A program made the position numbers and the translations under genes. The notes beneath the pieces are model-generated. The model was not told the DNA's origin, ran no database searches, and saw only the letters and a program-made list of their open reading frames with translations. 64,000 nt of DNA from NCBI GenBank assembly GCA_951406725.2, contig OX597826.1, forward strand, positions 48,174,001 through 48,238,000, given 5' to 3'. Shown here piece after piece: positions 1 to 16,685 of the stretch (position 1 is its first letter; each line of letters starts with the position of its first letter). This DNA is from Octopus vulgaris. Its lineage: Eukaryota.

Positions 1-442
1 TTGCCACTTCGCTGCTTTAGTAATAATGGTAATAATGGGTTCGAATTTAAGTACAAGGCCATCGATCCTAGAATTTGTTAGGTACTTTATTTTATGAATC
101 CGGAGAGTTGAAAGACAAAGACAACCGCCAGGATTTGAACTCATAGCATAAAGAGATGAACCAAATACCTCAGAAAATTTTGTCCGACACTCCAACGACA
201 CTGTTGATCCATCGCCCTACTAAGAATGAGTTCTTAATCAGGCACAAGGCCAGTAATTTTTTTAAGGAGAAAGGGACGTAGTGAAAACTTTTTACCCCCG
301 TGCTTTAGACTGGTACTTTATTTTATCTATTACAAAAAGGGTGCGAAACAAAGCCAGCCTCGGTAGGATTCAAATAATTCTATTGGGATGTATTTAGCTT
401 TTATTTTTATGATTTAATTTACTTTTAAGGTTCGAGAATATG

Positions 443-653
443 TATTTCTTTACTGCCCACAAGGGGCTAAACATAGAGGGGACAAACAAGGACAGACAAA
501 GGGATAAAGTTGATTACATCAACCCCAGTGCGTAACTGGTACTTAATTTATCGACCCCGAAAGGATGAAAGGCAAAGTCGACCTCGGCGGAATTTGAACT
601 CAGAACGTAACGACAGACGAAATACCGCAAAGCATTTCGCCCAGCGCGCTAAT
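443..653 (-). mobile_element. SINE family A (tRNA-derived head, tail type 1), 5'-truncated, with 14-bp TSD
   Basis: Reverse complement of the recurring ...GTTCTGAGTTCAAATTCCGCCGAGGTCGACTTTGCCTTTCATCCTTTCGGGGTCGAT... unit; GGTTCGAGAATATG duplicated at 429-442 and 654-667. Older degenerate copies lie at about 35-215 and 235-375. Confidence 0.9.
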
Positions 654-1547
654 GGTTCGAGAATATGATAGACATAATCAAGTAAGCAGAACCATGTATA
701 AATTTTATATCTCTTCCATTCCTTTGTTCCTAGAAAACGCTTATTTAACGATCACGTTTCCTAGTTATAAAATCATTCTAGTTTTCTCCTTTTCGTAGGT
801 TTAATAATTCTGAGCAAATTTGTCGTCAAAATATCTAAAATTGAGAGTCAAATCAATATCAACTGACAGCACAAAAGATATGACAAGATCTTTGAAAGGT
901 TTCGTTGTCCGTTGTGCAAAGCAGATAAACATCGCCACAATTCCACTTTCTTCTTTTTTTTTTCTTTTTTTTTTTGGTCTTTTCAGCATCGTGAAGCATT
1001 AATGTCGCGATCTACACACTGTGCTTAATCCAACTGTGGAAAGAAAAGTGATTAATTTCATCAAATCAAGACTTCTATAATTCCACTTCTTCACACAGTT
1101 CTGCATGGCAATGAACGTTCCATTTCTAACTCGTTTTTGTTTCATATCAAAGGCTACGACGTTTATGAACTGGAAAAAAGACAACAACAAAAAAAAAAAA
1201 AAAAAAAAAAAAGGGATGGCCCTGTTCTCTTTCTTGACAACCAAACCCCTCCGCATTCATTGAACATTTAACAGACAATAGATGATCGGATCGACAAAGA
1301 TATTTCCCAAATATATTTACTTGGTTGACTAAATCTCCTTAAGGAATCAATACAGTGAAAGCAAGAAAACTTGTTTCGAAGAACATGATAAATACTTTCT
1401 CCTGTAAGTCGGTGTCTTGGAGAAATACCATACAAAGGTGTGACTTAAGCATATGCCGGCTGGTGTTCCTTTTGTTCTTTGTTTTGTTTTGTTTTTTTGT
1501 CATTTTTTGGTGGTTGGGGGTGTCGGTATAATTGTAGTGCATCCTTT

Positions 1548-1781
1548 TAAGGCGGTGAGCTGGCAGAAACGTTAGCACGTCGGGCGAAATGCTTAGCGGT
1601 ATTTCGTCTGCCGTTACGTTGTGAGTTCAAATTCCGCCGAGGCCGACTTTACCTTTCATCCTTTCGGGGTCGATACATTAAGTACCAGTTACGCACTGGG
1701 GTCGATGTAATCGACTTAATACTTATATCTGTCCTTGTTTGTCCCTTCTATGTTTAGCCCCTTGTGGGTAATAAAGAAACG
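1548..1781 (+). mobile_element. SINE family A full-length copy (tail type 1) with 17-bp TSD
   Basis: Head AAGGCGGTGAGCTGGCAGAAACGTTAGC with B-box-like GAGTTCAAATTCC; central GCCTTTCATCCTTTCGGGGTCGATA-type block; tail ...TTTAGCCCCTTGTGGGTAATAAAGAAA. GGTATAATTGTAGTGCA duplicated at 1525-1541 and 1782-1798. Confidence 0.92.
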
Positions 1782-1914
1782 GGTATAATTGTAGTGCAAG
1801 ATGCAGGAGTATTACAGGCACTAATGTATGAGTCTATGACTCAGCTACGAATTAGGGGCTCATTATTTTCCTTCTTCAGTAGAATTTCCATGTTAATATG
1901 ACTTAGGGCATTAG

Positions 1915-2130
1915 GGTGGCAAGGTGGCAGAAACGTTAGCATGCCGGGGAAAATGCTTAGGAGCATTTCGTCCGTCTTTACGTTCTGAGTACAAATTACG
2001 CTGAGGTCTACTTCGCCTTTATCCTTTCGGGATCGATAAAATAAGTACCAGTTGATCACTGGGGTCGATGTAATCGCCTTATCTTCTCTCCTGAAATTGC
2101 TGGTGTTGTACCAAAATTTGAAGCCAATAT
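1915..2130 (+). mobile_element. SINE family A (tail type 2, diverged)
   Basis: Same head and core as the 1548 copy; ends ...TTGTACCAAAATTTGAAGCC. Confidence 0.85.
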
Positions 2131-2726
2131 GACTTGGGACATTGCAGTTAGTTATCAATGAGTGCATCGCAAACTGTTGTAATATTATCCGGATGAACCA
2201 CGTTCTGAGAAAGGTTGGAAAGGCTTATATTAATGGCCAGGACTATGTCTTGTTGATATAGTTAAGTTGACCGAGCAGAAAACGATCTTGTGACACGATA
2301 GATCACTTCATTGATTCTAAACAAATCTCAACATACTTATCATTATTGAACTGAGCTTGTTTGGATTGACCGAATCATTGTTCAGTTGCTGAAACATATC
2401 TATGATCGCCAGTTCTTTAAATGCTAGGAATGGTCTACTTTCAGAACTAGGTGACCCCGATCAATATCATCGATATGATTCCATCTTTCAACGTCTTGTG
2501 GCTTTCACCATTGATTCCTGTAACAACATTACACATTCACCATGCTGCTTTCAAAGGAATCCGATGCTGATTCATATTTTGTCTTCAAACTGGTAGAGCT
2601 AGGTTAACTCTGCCTGTAGTAAAACTGTTGCCTCTATAGTTCCTTGTGTCGTAGAGATATGTAAATTCCACTTGCGTATTCCTCCCCCATTAATGATTTC
2701 TAAGGCGAGAATCATTAGTCGGATAC

Positions 2727-3132
2727 TCTTTTACTCTTTACTCTTTTACTTGTTTCAGTCATTTGACTGCGGCCATGCTGGAGCACCACCTTTAATCGAG
2801 CTTATTCTTATTTTTTTGTAAGCCCAGTACTTTTTCAATCGGTCTCTTTTGCCGAACCGCTAAGTAACGGGGACATAAACACACCAGCATCGGTTGTCAA
2901 GCAATGCTAGGGGGACAAACACAGACACACAAACACACACACGCACATATATATATACATGTATACGACGGGCTTCTTTCAGTTTCCGTCTACCAAATCC
3001 ACTCACAAGGCTTTGGTCGGCCCGAGGCTATAGTAGAAGACACTTGCCCAAGGTGTCACGCAGTGGGACTGAACCCGGAACCATGTGGTTGGTAAACAAG
3101 CCACTTAGCACACAGCCACTCCTGCGCCTATA
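2727..3132 (-). mobile_element. SINE family B (tRNA head, CORE-like domain, internal TA/CA microsatellite, AGTAAAAG tail)
   Basis: Minus strand reads TAGGCGCAGGAGTGGCTGTGTG...GGTTCAGTCCCAC (A/B boxes), then ACACCTTGGGCAAGTGTCTTC (CORE-SINE-like), an internal microsatellite and a (GAGTAAAA)n tail. Resembles octopus OR-type CORE-SINEs (from recall). Confidence 0.9.
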
Positions 3133-3184
3133 TACTCGTGCATAATCATTATTTATTTTATATACGTACTCAACAACTAGATTA

Positions 3185-3370
3185 CTGGTTTCAAATTTTG
3201 GTGCAAGACCAGCAGGTTTGGGGGGAGGGATAAGTCTATTGCATCGACCCAAGCGCTCAACTGGTACTTATTTTATCGATCCTGAATTTGAAAACTGAAC
3301 GTAAAGACGGACGAAATGCCGCTAAGCATTTCGCCCGGCGTGCTAACGATTCTGCCAGCTGACCACCTTC
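3185..3370 (-). mobile_element. SINE family A (tail type 2)
   Basis: Reverse complement of the family A head and core. Confidence 0.85.
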
Positions 3371-3879
3371 AACAACTAAATTATTGACATCCCGAATTAG
3401 TCACATAATCTTGTGTATATCTGTAAATCAATTGAAATTCTAAGAATACATTTAAGAGACATTTATATACCCTCATATACTTCTGCAAAAGGGTACCCAA
3501 ATCTCGTAACTGAAATGCACATGTTCCTATTTGGATTTTTTTCCTTCACTAGACACAACTATCAAGTTACCTAAGTGTAACCCTTTGAAGCGTTTATATT
3601 CAACATGAGCAGCGAATCATCTAGGTTTCATTAAATTACCCTCGTCACGCTAATTAACTTTCTTTAAATTCAAATGACTAGACAAAAACATCTTGTTCGT
3701 GGTATTGTTATAGGAGAGCTAGAAGTATTCGACCATAAACCCTCACCACAGAGGTGACTGGCAATCTGTAATACGGTAGTTATTTAGGGTAGAAATAGGT
3801 AACGATTTTTCTTTTTCTTCGTGATTGCGGGAAAAGAAAGGATATCCCAATTACCGCAAATAGAAATTAAGTTAAAATG

Positions 3880-4150
3880 TCTCTCGAGCCTACAGGTCCA
3901 TTAGGCCAATGATTATACCGGTTTTTATGGCATGTAAGCGACTAAGAGTGCAATAGTCTTCAATCCTTGAATAGGTCGTCAGTCCATCGCTGGGTAAATA
4001 CTCAGCTGTTGCCCTTTTTTGTCCGTGCAAACTGAAGCAGTTAAACGAAGAGTTTTGCTCAAGGACGCACGCAACACTTGAGTCTGAGAATCGAAACCGC
4101 AGTCAGGTGGTCGTGATCCTAATACTTCCAGCCACTTGGCCACTTATCTT
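3880..4150 (-). mobile_element. Diverged tRNA-headed SINE (rarer family)
   Basis: Minus strand has GTGGCCAAGTGG (A box), GGTTTCGATTCTC (B box) and GTCCTTGAGCAAAAC, shared with the SINE at about 62480. Confidence 0.55.
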
Positions 4151-5169
4151 CCCTACAAGTAAACTAAAACCAGCATTCGGCAATATTTCTATTACAATGC
4201 CATTTCACTAACATACAGTCTTGATATCTTCCATATCTGCGCACATCAGACCTAATCTACTCCTCCCCTGTCCCACTACCCAACAACTCGGGCAAACAAG
4301 ACATTACTGATGCTATTTGCCAAGTGTGAAGTATAGCTGTTTAGAGCTTCTGCTTGCTCTTGTTATGTCGTTATTATCAACGTCGTTGCCGTTCTCTTTG
4401 CATCTCTTTTCGATGCCAATCTTAATGCTGTTACATTCGCTTCATTTCTCTCGCTTCAATTCTGCCATTGTTAAACTTATACTTTGTTTTGGATGATTTT
4501 TTTTCTCTCTCTCTCTCTCTCCTGATTTTATTTTACAATTATCATTTTTATTGTTTTTGCTGTTGCAGTTGTTGTTGTTGTACTTTTACTACTGTTGTTA
4601 ACACCATTTTTTTTTTTTTTTTTTTGCTTTTTCAAATTGCCGTCACAAAATATACTCTTTTTTTCCCCCCCTTCTTGCTCCTGCTCATTCATGCCTGCCG
4701 GAATTGTTATCACCTAAAGCCTTCTCATATCGGTTTTAATCTACTCTAGCTGTCATCAGTTGCTCAGTAAATTCTGTTGACTTTTACAGAAGCAGCCAGC
4801 AGCAAATCCTCAATTTCTTTTCTTGCTTGCCATCGACATAAAGCAACTTTCAGTTTTCCCGTTAAAGTAATGTGTATGCTATGTGTGTATACGGAGAGGA
4901 GGAAGAAAGAAAAAATAAAGAGAAAGGAGAAGTAGAGATAGAAAAAAAAATATTGAGAGAGAGAGAGAGAATAGAGAAAAAGAGTAAATAGTGAAGAGCG
5001 TTTTTCTCCTTGACTTTCATAGCACCGCAATTTCATAATACAAAAAAAAAAAAACAAAGAAAAAAGAGACAAACATAATAATAAAATAATAATAATAATG
5101 CAAATCACGCCTGTTCTACCATCTATTCAGCCCAAAATTGCGGAGCCCGAAAACAAACGTCTGAGGTTG

Positions 5170-8850
<3,681 letters not shown>

Positions 8851-9015
8851 GTATATCAAAGAAAAAAAGGCATTTCTAGATCATTTTTTATTTTATTTTT
8901 CTTCCTCCCAACATCTCTTTGTTACTGTCTCTTTCACCCTCAAACCCAATTTTCTTCTCACCTCTCTCTCTTTCTCTTTCTTTCTTTCTTTCTGTCTTTT
9001 ATCTTACCTCTCTCA

Positions 9016-9066
<51 letters not shown>

Positions 9067-10204
9067 ATGATATTCTGAAAAACCATTCTAGTTTGGTAAC
9101 ATGATTGTCCTTGATTTTTCCAAATACCCTGGTGCCTTCTGTAAAAAGCAATTGAATATCTTTGTTCTTTTCATTAAGCCGTCTTCTGTTTGCATACACT
9201 TAACTCTGTCACAATTCTATATTTCTGCAGCCTGGTGCGGTGCTGAGCTATAGAATCACCGCAGCTATTCAGCACAACAACTAGAGAACGGTGCGATATT
9301 ATGTTTGTCATCTGACTTCTGAGAATCAGATGACAATGAATCGAGTTAGGCTACTGATAGCAGCACAATACAGTATTCTCTATTATTTTCGCCATTGTTC
9401 GTTCTTCGTGCAATTCTATTCTTTAGCAGCATATTTGGAAGATTTCAGCGCTATTGGAGACAGAAAACAAAAGAGGGAAAATCCCAACTTTGCTTCGATT
9501 TACTCTCAGTTCAAATGTATACCCCCACCACACAACACACACTCACCTTGAATGTATGTGTGTGAGGTTGAGCGTACGTGTGTGTTTGTGTATGTGTGAG
9601 AGGTTATGCGTACATATATATATATATGTGTACGTGTGTCTGTGTGTGTATGTATGTATGTGTGTGTGTGTGTGTGTGTGCGAGCGTGTTTGTGCGTGCG
9701 TGTTGGAATAAATGAATTCCTGGAAATGCTAAAATGTACATTGTCCACTCTGATTCAAATACATCCTTGTAGACATGCATCTTTTTCCAGTATTGCTATC
9801 AATTCCTGTTTGCATAAATATATACTCACATATATACACACACACACACGATGTATTGATGTATTGATGTATATTTCATTGGTGTGTGTGTGTGTGTACG
9901 TGAAATTGGAATACGTAGAAGTGTTATCTGTAGGCTTCGCCATTAACTCTTCTGTTGGCTAACATCAGTAACAAACAGCAACATCCTTCCCAACAACTGG
10001 AGGAAAAAGATTGCTGAAGGCCGGAATTTAGGGCAAGCATGCATGCCAAGGAGGAAGTGTTAGCGAGGATCATGTTCGACAACGAGAACTTTCAGGCAAA
10101 AGTAGAGGATAGGAATGAGATTGCTAAAAACTTCCCAGATAAAGACCATCTCAACATATTCAGTGCCGAAGCTGAATTTTGTGACAAATGGAGAGAGAGA
10201 GAGA

Positions 10205-10246
<42 letters not shown>

Positions 10247-10281
10247 CAGACAGACAGATAGACAGAGGCAGACAGATAGAC

Positions 10282-10316
<35 letters not shown>

Positions 10317-10579
10317 TACTGATAGACAGACAGATGGTTGAGGTAAATACTTACATGTAGTCTGGAGCACACCGATAACATATCTATGCAGTGTGTATCA
10401 CCCAGAACCCCCTACCTCTTCAATTTGTCTTATCTTTAAAAGGTGGGGTCTGAACCATATCGAAGAAAAAGAAAAATAACATTGACTTCAGAAAGTCAAC
10501 GATAGTACCTTTATATGGTTACTTGCCCTACTAAAAGTAACACCCAAATCTCCTTCACATCGACTTGGCTGTCTTATTT

Positions 10580-10788
10580 ATTTCTTTTTTCTTTATTACC
10601 CACAAGGGGCTAAACATAGAGGGGACAAACAAGGACGATCCCAATGCGTTACTGGTACTTAATTTATCGACCCCGAAAGGTTGAAAGGCAAAGTCAACCT
10701 AGGCGGAATTTGAACTCAGAACGTAAAGACAGACGAAACATCTCTAGGCATTTCACCCGGCGTGCTAACATTTCTGCCAGCTCGCCGC
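10580..10788 (-). mobile_element. SINE family A (tail type 1) with ACTTGGCTGT TSD
   Basis: Reverse-complement family A match; ACTTGGCTGT at about 10563 and 10789. Confidence 0.85.
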
Positions 10789-11669
10789 ACTTGGCTGTTT
10801 TAAAAAGTGGATTGGTTACTAAATCGTTGTCGGCTGTACACAATACTATGTAGGTTGCATGTGAAGTTGAGAATGACTATGTTAATATTAATATAAGTTT
10901 CTATATGTTTTATTACCCGGAACATTTCCGTTTGCATATGTACAACAATTGTTTGACTATAACTTGATACATGAGATTGTAAGTGTGAATGTTAAAAGTT
11001 TTCATTGTATAGATATTTTAGTTATTTATATGAAAATTGTTCATGGTTATTCAAGATAGAATAAGTTAAAAGTATGAGAACACCTTATTACAAAACTGTT
11101 TGCTAATTCTGCGTAGCACCTGAGTTTGTTCTGTTTAAGAATTCGATGTCCCAGTTTTTATAATATTTAGTCAATCTTCTAGAACTTTCGGCTGAACTAT
11201 TTGGCAAGAACTTTCACAAAACTTACTTTCCGGTCTCTCGTTGTTTTTGTTACAAATCAGCGGAACTATGTTCAGGTAAGCATTAATGCTTTTTACGATG
11301 ACACAGTTAGTTTCTGGTAGCTGGTCGTGCTATTTATAGCCGTGGTCCTAAACTGGGAACCTGGTCGAAATGGTTCAAAACTTAGCAGAAACCAGGAGGT
11401 AACTTCAGCGAATCATACTTTTATATGGTTTCTCAGCCTGCTAAAAGTAACAGAAAATCCCCTCAAGTGCTCGCTACAATGCATGAGGTAGTCCTATGTA
11501 CTCTAGGTCTAGAAAAGAAGGGAAAAGAAAATAGTCTAATGAATAAGTCTGCTAATTAAAAACTAACACCAGCCTAAACATCAACCTCAACAACAATAAT
11601 AACAATATTAACTGAAATTGTGCCACCGTACAAACACAATAGCTTGTCAATGAGGGGTCTTTTACATGG

Positions 11670-12210
11670 TTCGTCTGCCGTTACGTTCTGAGTTCAAATT
11701 CCGTCGCGGTCGACTTTGCCTTTCATCATTTCGGGGTCGATAAGTAAAGTACCAGTTACGCACTGGGGTCGATTTAATCGACTTCATCCGTTTGTCCGTC
11801 CTTGTTTGTCCCCTCTGTGTTTAGCCCCTTGTGGGTAGTAAAGAAATATATAATAACTAAATCTGTCTAAATTCATTCCCTGTTGTCTTAAAGTAGGCAT
11901 TGGATAGTCTAGATTCATTATACCATTAATAAGAAATGATGATCAGGTGACCCTTAGCTACATCATCTAAAGTGTTAATTCTTGACTGCCATATTTAGGT
12001 GAACTGGCAGAGTATTAGCCGCGTCAGATAAAATGCTTAGCAGTATTTCTTCCGGTTTTTTACGATCTGATTTCAAATACCGGCGAGGTCGACTTTGTAT
12101 TTCATCCTTTCGGGATCGATAAAATAAATACCAGTTGAGTACTGGAGTCGATGTAATCGGCTTACACCTTCACCTCAACATTGCTAGCTTTGTACCGAAA
12201 TTTGAAATCA
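11670..12210 (+). mobile_element. Two SINE family A copies (11670-11848 truncated; 11995-12210)
   Basis: Core GTCGACTTTG...TCATCCTTTCGGG..TCGAT..AGTACCAGTT in both. Confidence 0.85.
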
Positions 12211-12659
12211 TTTTCAATAATCGAATGAGCTTTTCCTCCGAGAAACATCAGAGAGAGACAGAGAGTGATGGGGGAGTATCGACAGTTGCAACTGACTACT
12301 AGTTTAAAGAATCCAATTTCTTCAATACAGAAACAAGGACTTTGTTTTTCCCAGTTCTCACCATCTACCGAACGCAGAGCATTTCCATATATGTAGCATT
12401 TGCTCAGTTGACGTCTCTATAATAGATTTCTGGATATTCTCTCTTTTACTTGTTTCAGTCATTTGACTGCGGTCATGCTGGAGCACCGCCTTTAATCGAG
12501 AAACTAGACCCCGGAACTTATTCTTTGTAAGCCTAGTACTTATTCTATCGGTCTCTTTTGCCGAACCGCTAAGTAACGGGGACATAAACGCACCAGCATC
12601 GGTTGTCAAGCAATGCTAGGGGGACAAACACAGACACACAAACATACACGCACATATAT

Positions 12660-13790
12660 CTGTTCGTTGGCTATGTTGAGGCCCAAATATTCTCTAATTT
12701 CACTGGTCCCACTCCTGAACTATATGGTCGTTATATTGACGACATTATCGGTGCCACCTCACTCTCCCGCGAACATCTAGATTCCTTCCTCTCTTTCGTC
12801 CAATCTTTCCATCCAGCCCTCCACTTCACTTCCACTATCTCCAACACCTCTGTCTCCTTCCTCGACATTTCGGTTAGCATTCTTCACTCCACTCTTACCA
12901 CCTCCATTCACTACAAACACACAGACTCACACTCATACCTCAACTTCTCTTCCTCCCACCCAGAACACACCAAGCTTTCCATCCCCTATTCCCAATTCCT
13001 CCGTCTACGTAGGCTCTGTAGTGACGACCATGACTTTGAGACTCAGTCTCAACGTATGGCTCACCACTTCACCCTACGTGGATACCCCCTCACCACTATC
13101 CACACCGCCCTTGCCAGAGCACGGTCCGTGGACCGTGTATCTGCTCTCTCTCCCCGAACCCGCCCTGTAGTCTCCCGCCTCCCTTTTCCCCTCACTTACC
13201 ACCCCACGACCCTACGTCTCCAACGCACCATTCTTCGAGCTTTCCGTCATCTCCAGTCCGACCCGTCCACTTCACACCTCTTCCCTAACCGACCCCTCCC
13301 CTCTTTCAAACGAGCCCACAACCTTCGAGACCTTTTGGTCCATAGCTCCTTCCCTGACCCTACCTCCCAACCCGGCTCGTTCCCCTGCTCCCGCCCACGT
13401 TGCCGCACTTGCCCTTACCTCTCCAACACCACCCGCCTCACTAGCACCCACCATCGACCCTATCCCATCATCCACTCCTTCACCTGCACCTCCAGCAATA
13501 TTATCTATTGCATCTCTTGCTCTCTCTGCAATTCCTTGTACATCGGACAAACGGGACGCCGCTTGGCTGACCGGTTCGCGGAACACCTTCGTGACATCCA
13601 CCTTGCGAACGACACACCGGTCTCACGCCATTTCCGCTCCACCGGTCACTCCTTGCAACACCTATCTGTGTTCGGTTTGTCCTTACACAGAGGCCATCCG
13701 GATTCCCGTTTGCGCCGTGAACAGGAATTAATCTTCTCTCTTCGCTCTTATACGCCATTTGGTCTCAACTCTCCCCCCCTCCTCATCTAA
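12660..13790 (+). CDS. PLE reverse transcriptase C-terminal part, thumb, Cys-rich linker and GIY-YIG endonuclease (5'-truncated, no internal stops)
   Basis: RYIDD catalytic motif, FLDI, YKHTDSHSYL..SSHP, IPYSQFLRLRRLCS, RGYP, CSRPRCRTC linker, IIYCISCSLCNSLYIGQTGRRLADRFAEH (GIY-YIG with CxxC) and C-terminal PFGLN. The ORF-track start at 12603 is SINE-derived. Confidence 0.93.
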   Translation: MFVGYVEAQIFSNFTGPTPELYGRYIDDIIGATSLSREHLDSFLSFVQSFHPALHFTSTISNTSVSFLDISVSILHSTLTTSIHYKHTDSHSYLNFSSSHPEHTKLSIPYSQFLRLRRLCSDDHDFETQSQRMAHHFTLRGYPLTTIHTALARARSVDRVSALSPRTRPVVSRLPFPLTYHPTTLRLQRTILRAFRHLQSDPSTSHLFPNRPLPSFKRAHNLRDLLVHSSFPDPTSQPGSFPCSRPRCRTCPYLSNTTRLTSTHHRPYPIIHSFTCTSSNIIYCISCSLCNSLYIGQTGRRLADRFAEHLRDIHLANDTPVSRHFRSTGHSLQHLSVFGLSLHRGHPDSRLRREQELIFSLRSYTPFGLNSPPLLI

Positions 13791-14631
13791 CCCCCCTCTC
13801 CCCCCTCCTCATCTAACCCCCCTCTCCCCCCTCCTCACCTATCCTTTCTCCCCCGACCCCTACTTCTTCAGTCCTTCATCCTTTCACCCCTACTCCCCTT
13901 CCCTTCTTCCCTCTTTCTCCCTCCCTCTTCCCCTTCCCTCTGCTCCCCACTCCCTCTCTCCCTTCTCTCTCCCCCTCTCCCTCTTTCCTCCTTCATCCCC
14001 CTCATCCCCTTCCTTCTCCCCCATCCTCTCCTCTCCCCCCTTCTCCTCCCCCTCTTCTCCCCCTCCCCCTCTTCTCCTCACTACACCACATGACTTTACA
14101 CATCACATCACATATGATGTGCCATACTAATACACACACCAACTAATACATACTAATACGTACTAATACATACTAGTACATACTAATACTTACACCAACC
14201 CTATACATACACACGTCCAGACCCCGCATACGCACTTATACTCTCTCTCACACACACACACACACCTATACATACCAATACGTACTAATACATACTAATA
14301 CATACTAATACATACACCAACCCCATACATACGCACGTCCAGACCAATCTTACGCACTAATACTCTCCCATACACACACACACACACACACACACCCTTA
14401 TACATACTAATACATACACCAACCCTATACATACACACATCCAGACCCCTCCCACGTACTTTTAGCTGGTCCCTCAACCCATTTATCAACCCTATTATCT
14501 CCCCTTATTTCGCTCTCGCGTCTCATGTTTGATCTTTGACCTCTGGCCGAAATCAGATCGCCATGTTGATTCGTTAGCTACTGCACGCATTTTTTTCTCT
14601 CCTTCTTTCTGTGTTTTTCTCTCTCTGTGTA

Positions 14632-14669
14632 TCTTTCTGTTGAAGAGCGTAGGCTCGAAACGTTAAAGA
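14632..14669 (+). ncRNA. Minimal hammerhead-ribozyme-like motif (PLE-associated variant)
   Basis: TCTTT-CTGTTGA-A-GAGC(GTAG)GCTC-GAAA-CGTT-AAAGA: stem I TCTTT/AAAGA, 4-bp stem II, palindromic ACGT in place of stem III. Confidence 0.65.
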
Positions 14670-15204
14670 CTTGTTTTATTTATATTTCCTGAGCGCCATA
14701 CTAATACAATTGTTCGTTTGTTTTCCACCTGCCTTCGTCTTTTGTTTATTTTCATAAATCTTCCCGTTATATATATATACATATACATATATACGACGGG
14801 CTTCATTCAGTTTCCGTCTAACAAATCCACTCACAAGGTTTTGGTCGTCCCGAGGCTATAGTAGAAGTCACTTGCCCAAGGTTCCACGCAGTGGGACTGA
14901 ACCCGGAACCATGTGGTTGGTTAGCAAGCTACTTACCACACAGCCACTCCTGTGCCCCACACAGCCGCTCCTGCGTTTTCAATTTTATTGATTAATTTTC
15001 AGTTATATGATTGATATTATTAACTGTTTAACACAAACGAATCTAAAACTAGGATCTTTGGATTCGTTTGAGTTACATTAATTTTATAAAGTCATTTAAT
15101 GTTCTTCTAGGAATCATAAGTCAAGAATTCTAGTCGCGACGCCTAGCAGAAATGGGAGATCCTGTATATGGCTACTCAACAAGCTTGTAATGATAACAAA
15201 ATTT

Positions 15205-15500
15205 AAGGCGGCGAAATGCTTAATGGTATTTCGTCTGTCTTTACGTTCTGAGTTCAAATTCTGCCGAAATTGCTTTTCATCCTTTCGGGGTCGATAACTT
15301 AAGTACCAGTTGCGTACTGGGGTCGATCTACTCGACTAGCCCACCTCCCCCAAAATTCCGGGCCTTGTGCTCAAAGTAGAAAAGAATCGTTAGCGCGCCG
15401 AATAAAATACTCGTCTTTTGTTGCTGCAAGGTCTGCTTGAAATGACAGCTAAACTTTCGTCAGTAGCAACTTATTGGCTTTAGTAAAGAAAGGACATAAG

Positions 15501-15541
<41 letters not shown>

Positions 15542-15931
15542 TATACGACGAGCTTCTTTCGGTTTCCGTCTACCAAATCCACTCACAAGGCTTTGGTCGG
15601 CCTGAGGCTATGGTAAAAGACACTTGCCCAAGTGGGACTGAACCCGGAACCGTGTGGTTGGTAAGCAAGCTACTTACCACACAGCCATATATATATGTAT
15701 ATATATATATACGGGTGGGTGTGATTGTGTATCGAAGAATATATTAATAAAAGGAATTCCAACCTTGTCTGATTTTCACGTTTTATTTACAATCTTATAG
15801 TGATATAATATAAGATAATATAATTAAAAAAATAGAATGTTAAATGATCATTCTGATTGAACTAGTACTTTCATGCATTAAATTCTGCAATCTTCAGGTT
15901 CATGTAGTAGTGGTGACAGTCATGCTTCACA

Positions 15932-15978
<47 letters not shown>

Positions 15979-16125
15979 ACGTTTTTTTTTTTTAAGTTTC
16001 CGTCTACCAAATCCACTCACAAAGCTTTGGTCAGCACGAGGCTTTGTGCAAAGTACCACGAACTGGGACTGAACTTGGAACGACGTGGGCGAAAAAGCCA
16101 AACTTCTTATAACACAGCCATGCTT
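15205..16125. mobile_element. SINE fragments: family A + (15205-15390); family B heads - (15540-15690, 15975-16125)
   Basis: Matches to the family A core and the family B head. Confidence 0.8.
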
Positions 16126-16397
16126 GCATCTTGTTTTACTAAATATCAATGCTTGACGTGGATATAAATGCTGAAAAGCTACAGAGGTGCCCGGAAATCG
16201 GGGCCAGCACTGAAACCACAGTGGATGCAAACGAGTGAGACTTTATGCGGTGGTCGCTAGATCTGCTAGAAATGGCAACCGAATGTTCTCCAAACCACGC
16301 ACAAACGTCTTTCAAAAGAAAAAAAAATAAAGAAGTAAATAAAAGCACACATTAGATAATGTCAGTCCGGTGTATAGTGTTCTTGAAAATAATAATG

Positions 16398-16505
<108 letters not shown>

Positions 16506-16577
16506 GATATGATGGTCATTGCGTGGATGTCTTTGATCTTAATTCTGTTCGATCAACAACATACGAGAAATTTGTGT

Positions 16578-16685
<108 letters not shown>

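Larger units (their letters stand above)
12660..14768 (+). mobile_element. Penelope-like retroelement (probably Neptune-type), 5'-truncated, with 3' non-coding tail
   Basis: RT + GIY-YIG ORF, then a pyrimidine-rich tract, a (CATACTAATA)n minisatellite and a hammerhead-like motif; terminates in (TA)n. Confidence 0.9.
12440..14975 (-). mobile_element. SINE family B split by a Penelope-like insertion (SINE parts 12440-12659 and about 14769-14975)
   Basis: The tail half matches the 2727 copy up to ACATACACGCACATATAT. The head half resumes after (TA)n at ACGACGGGCTTC...CACAGCCACTCCTG. Confidence 0.9.

Noticed and set aside
12603-12659. N-terminus of the 395-aa ORF as a SINE-PLE fusion protein
   Set aside because: TTG start inside antisense SINE sequence; a chance in-frame read-through into a 5'-truncated PLE.
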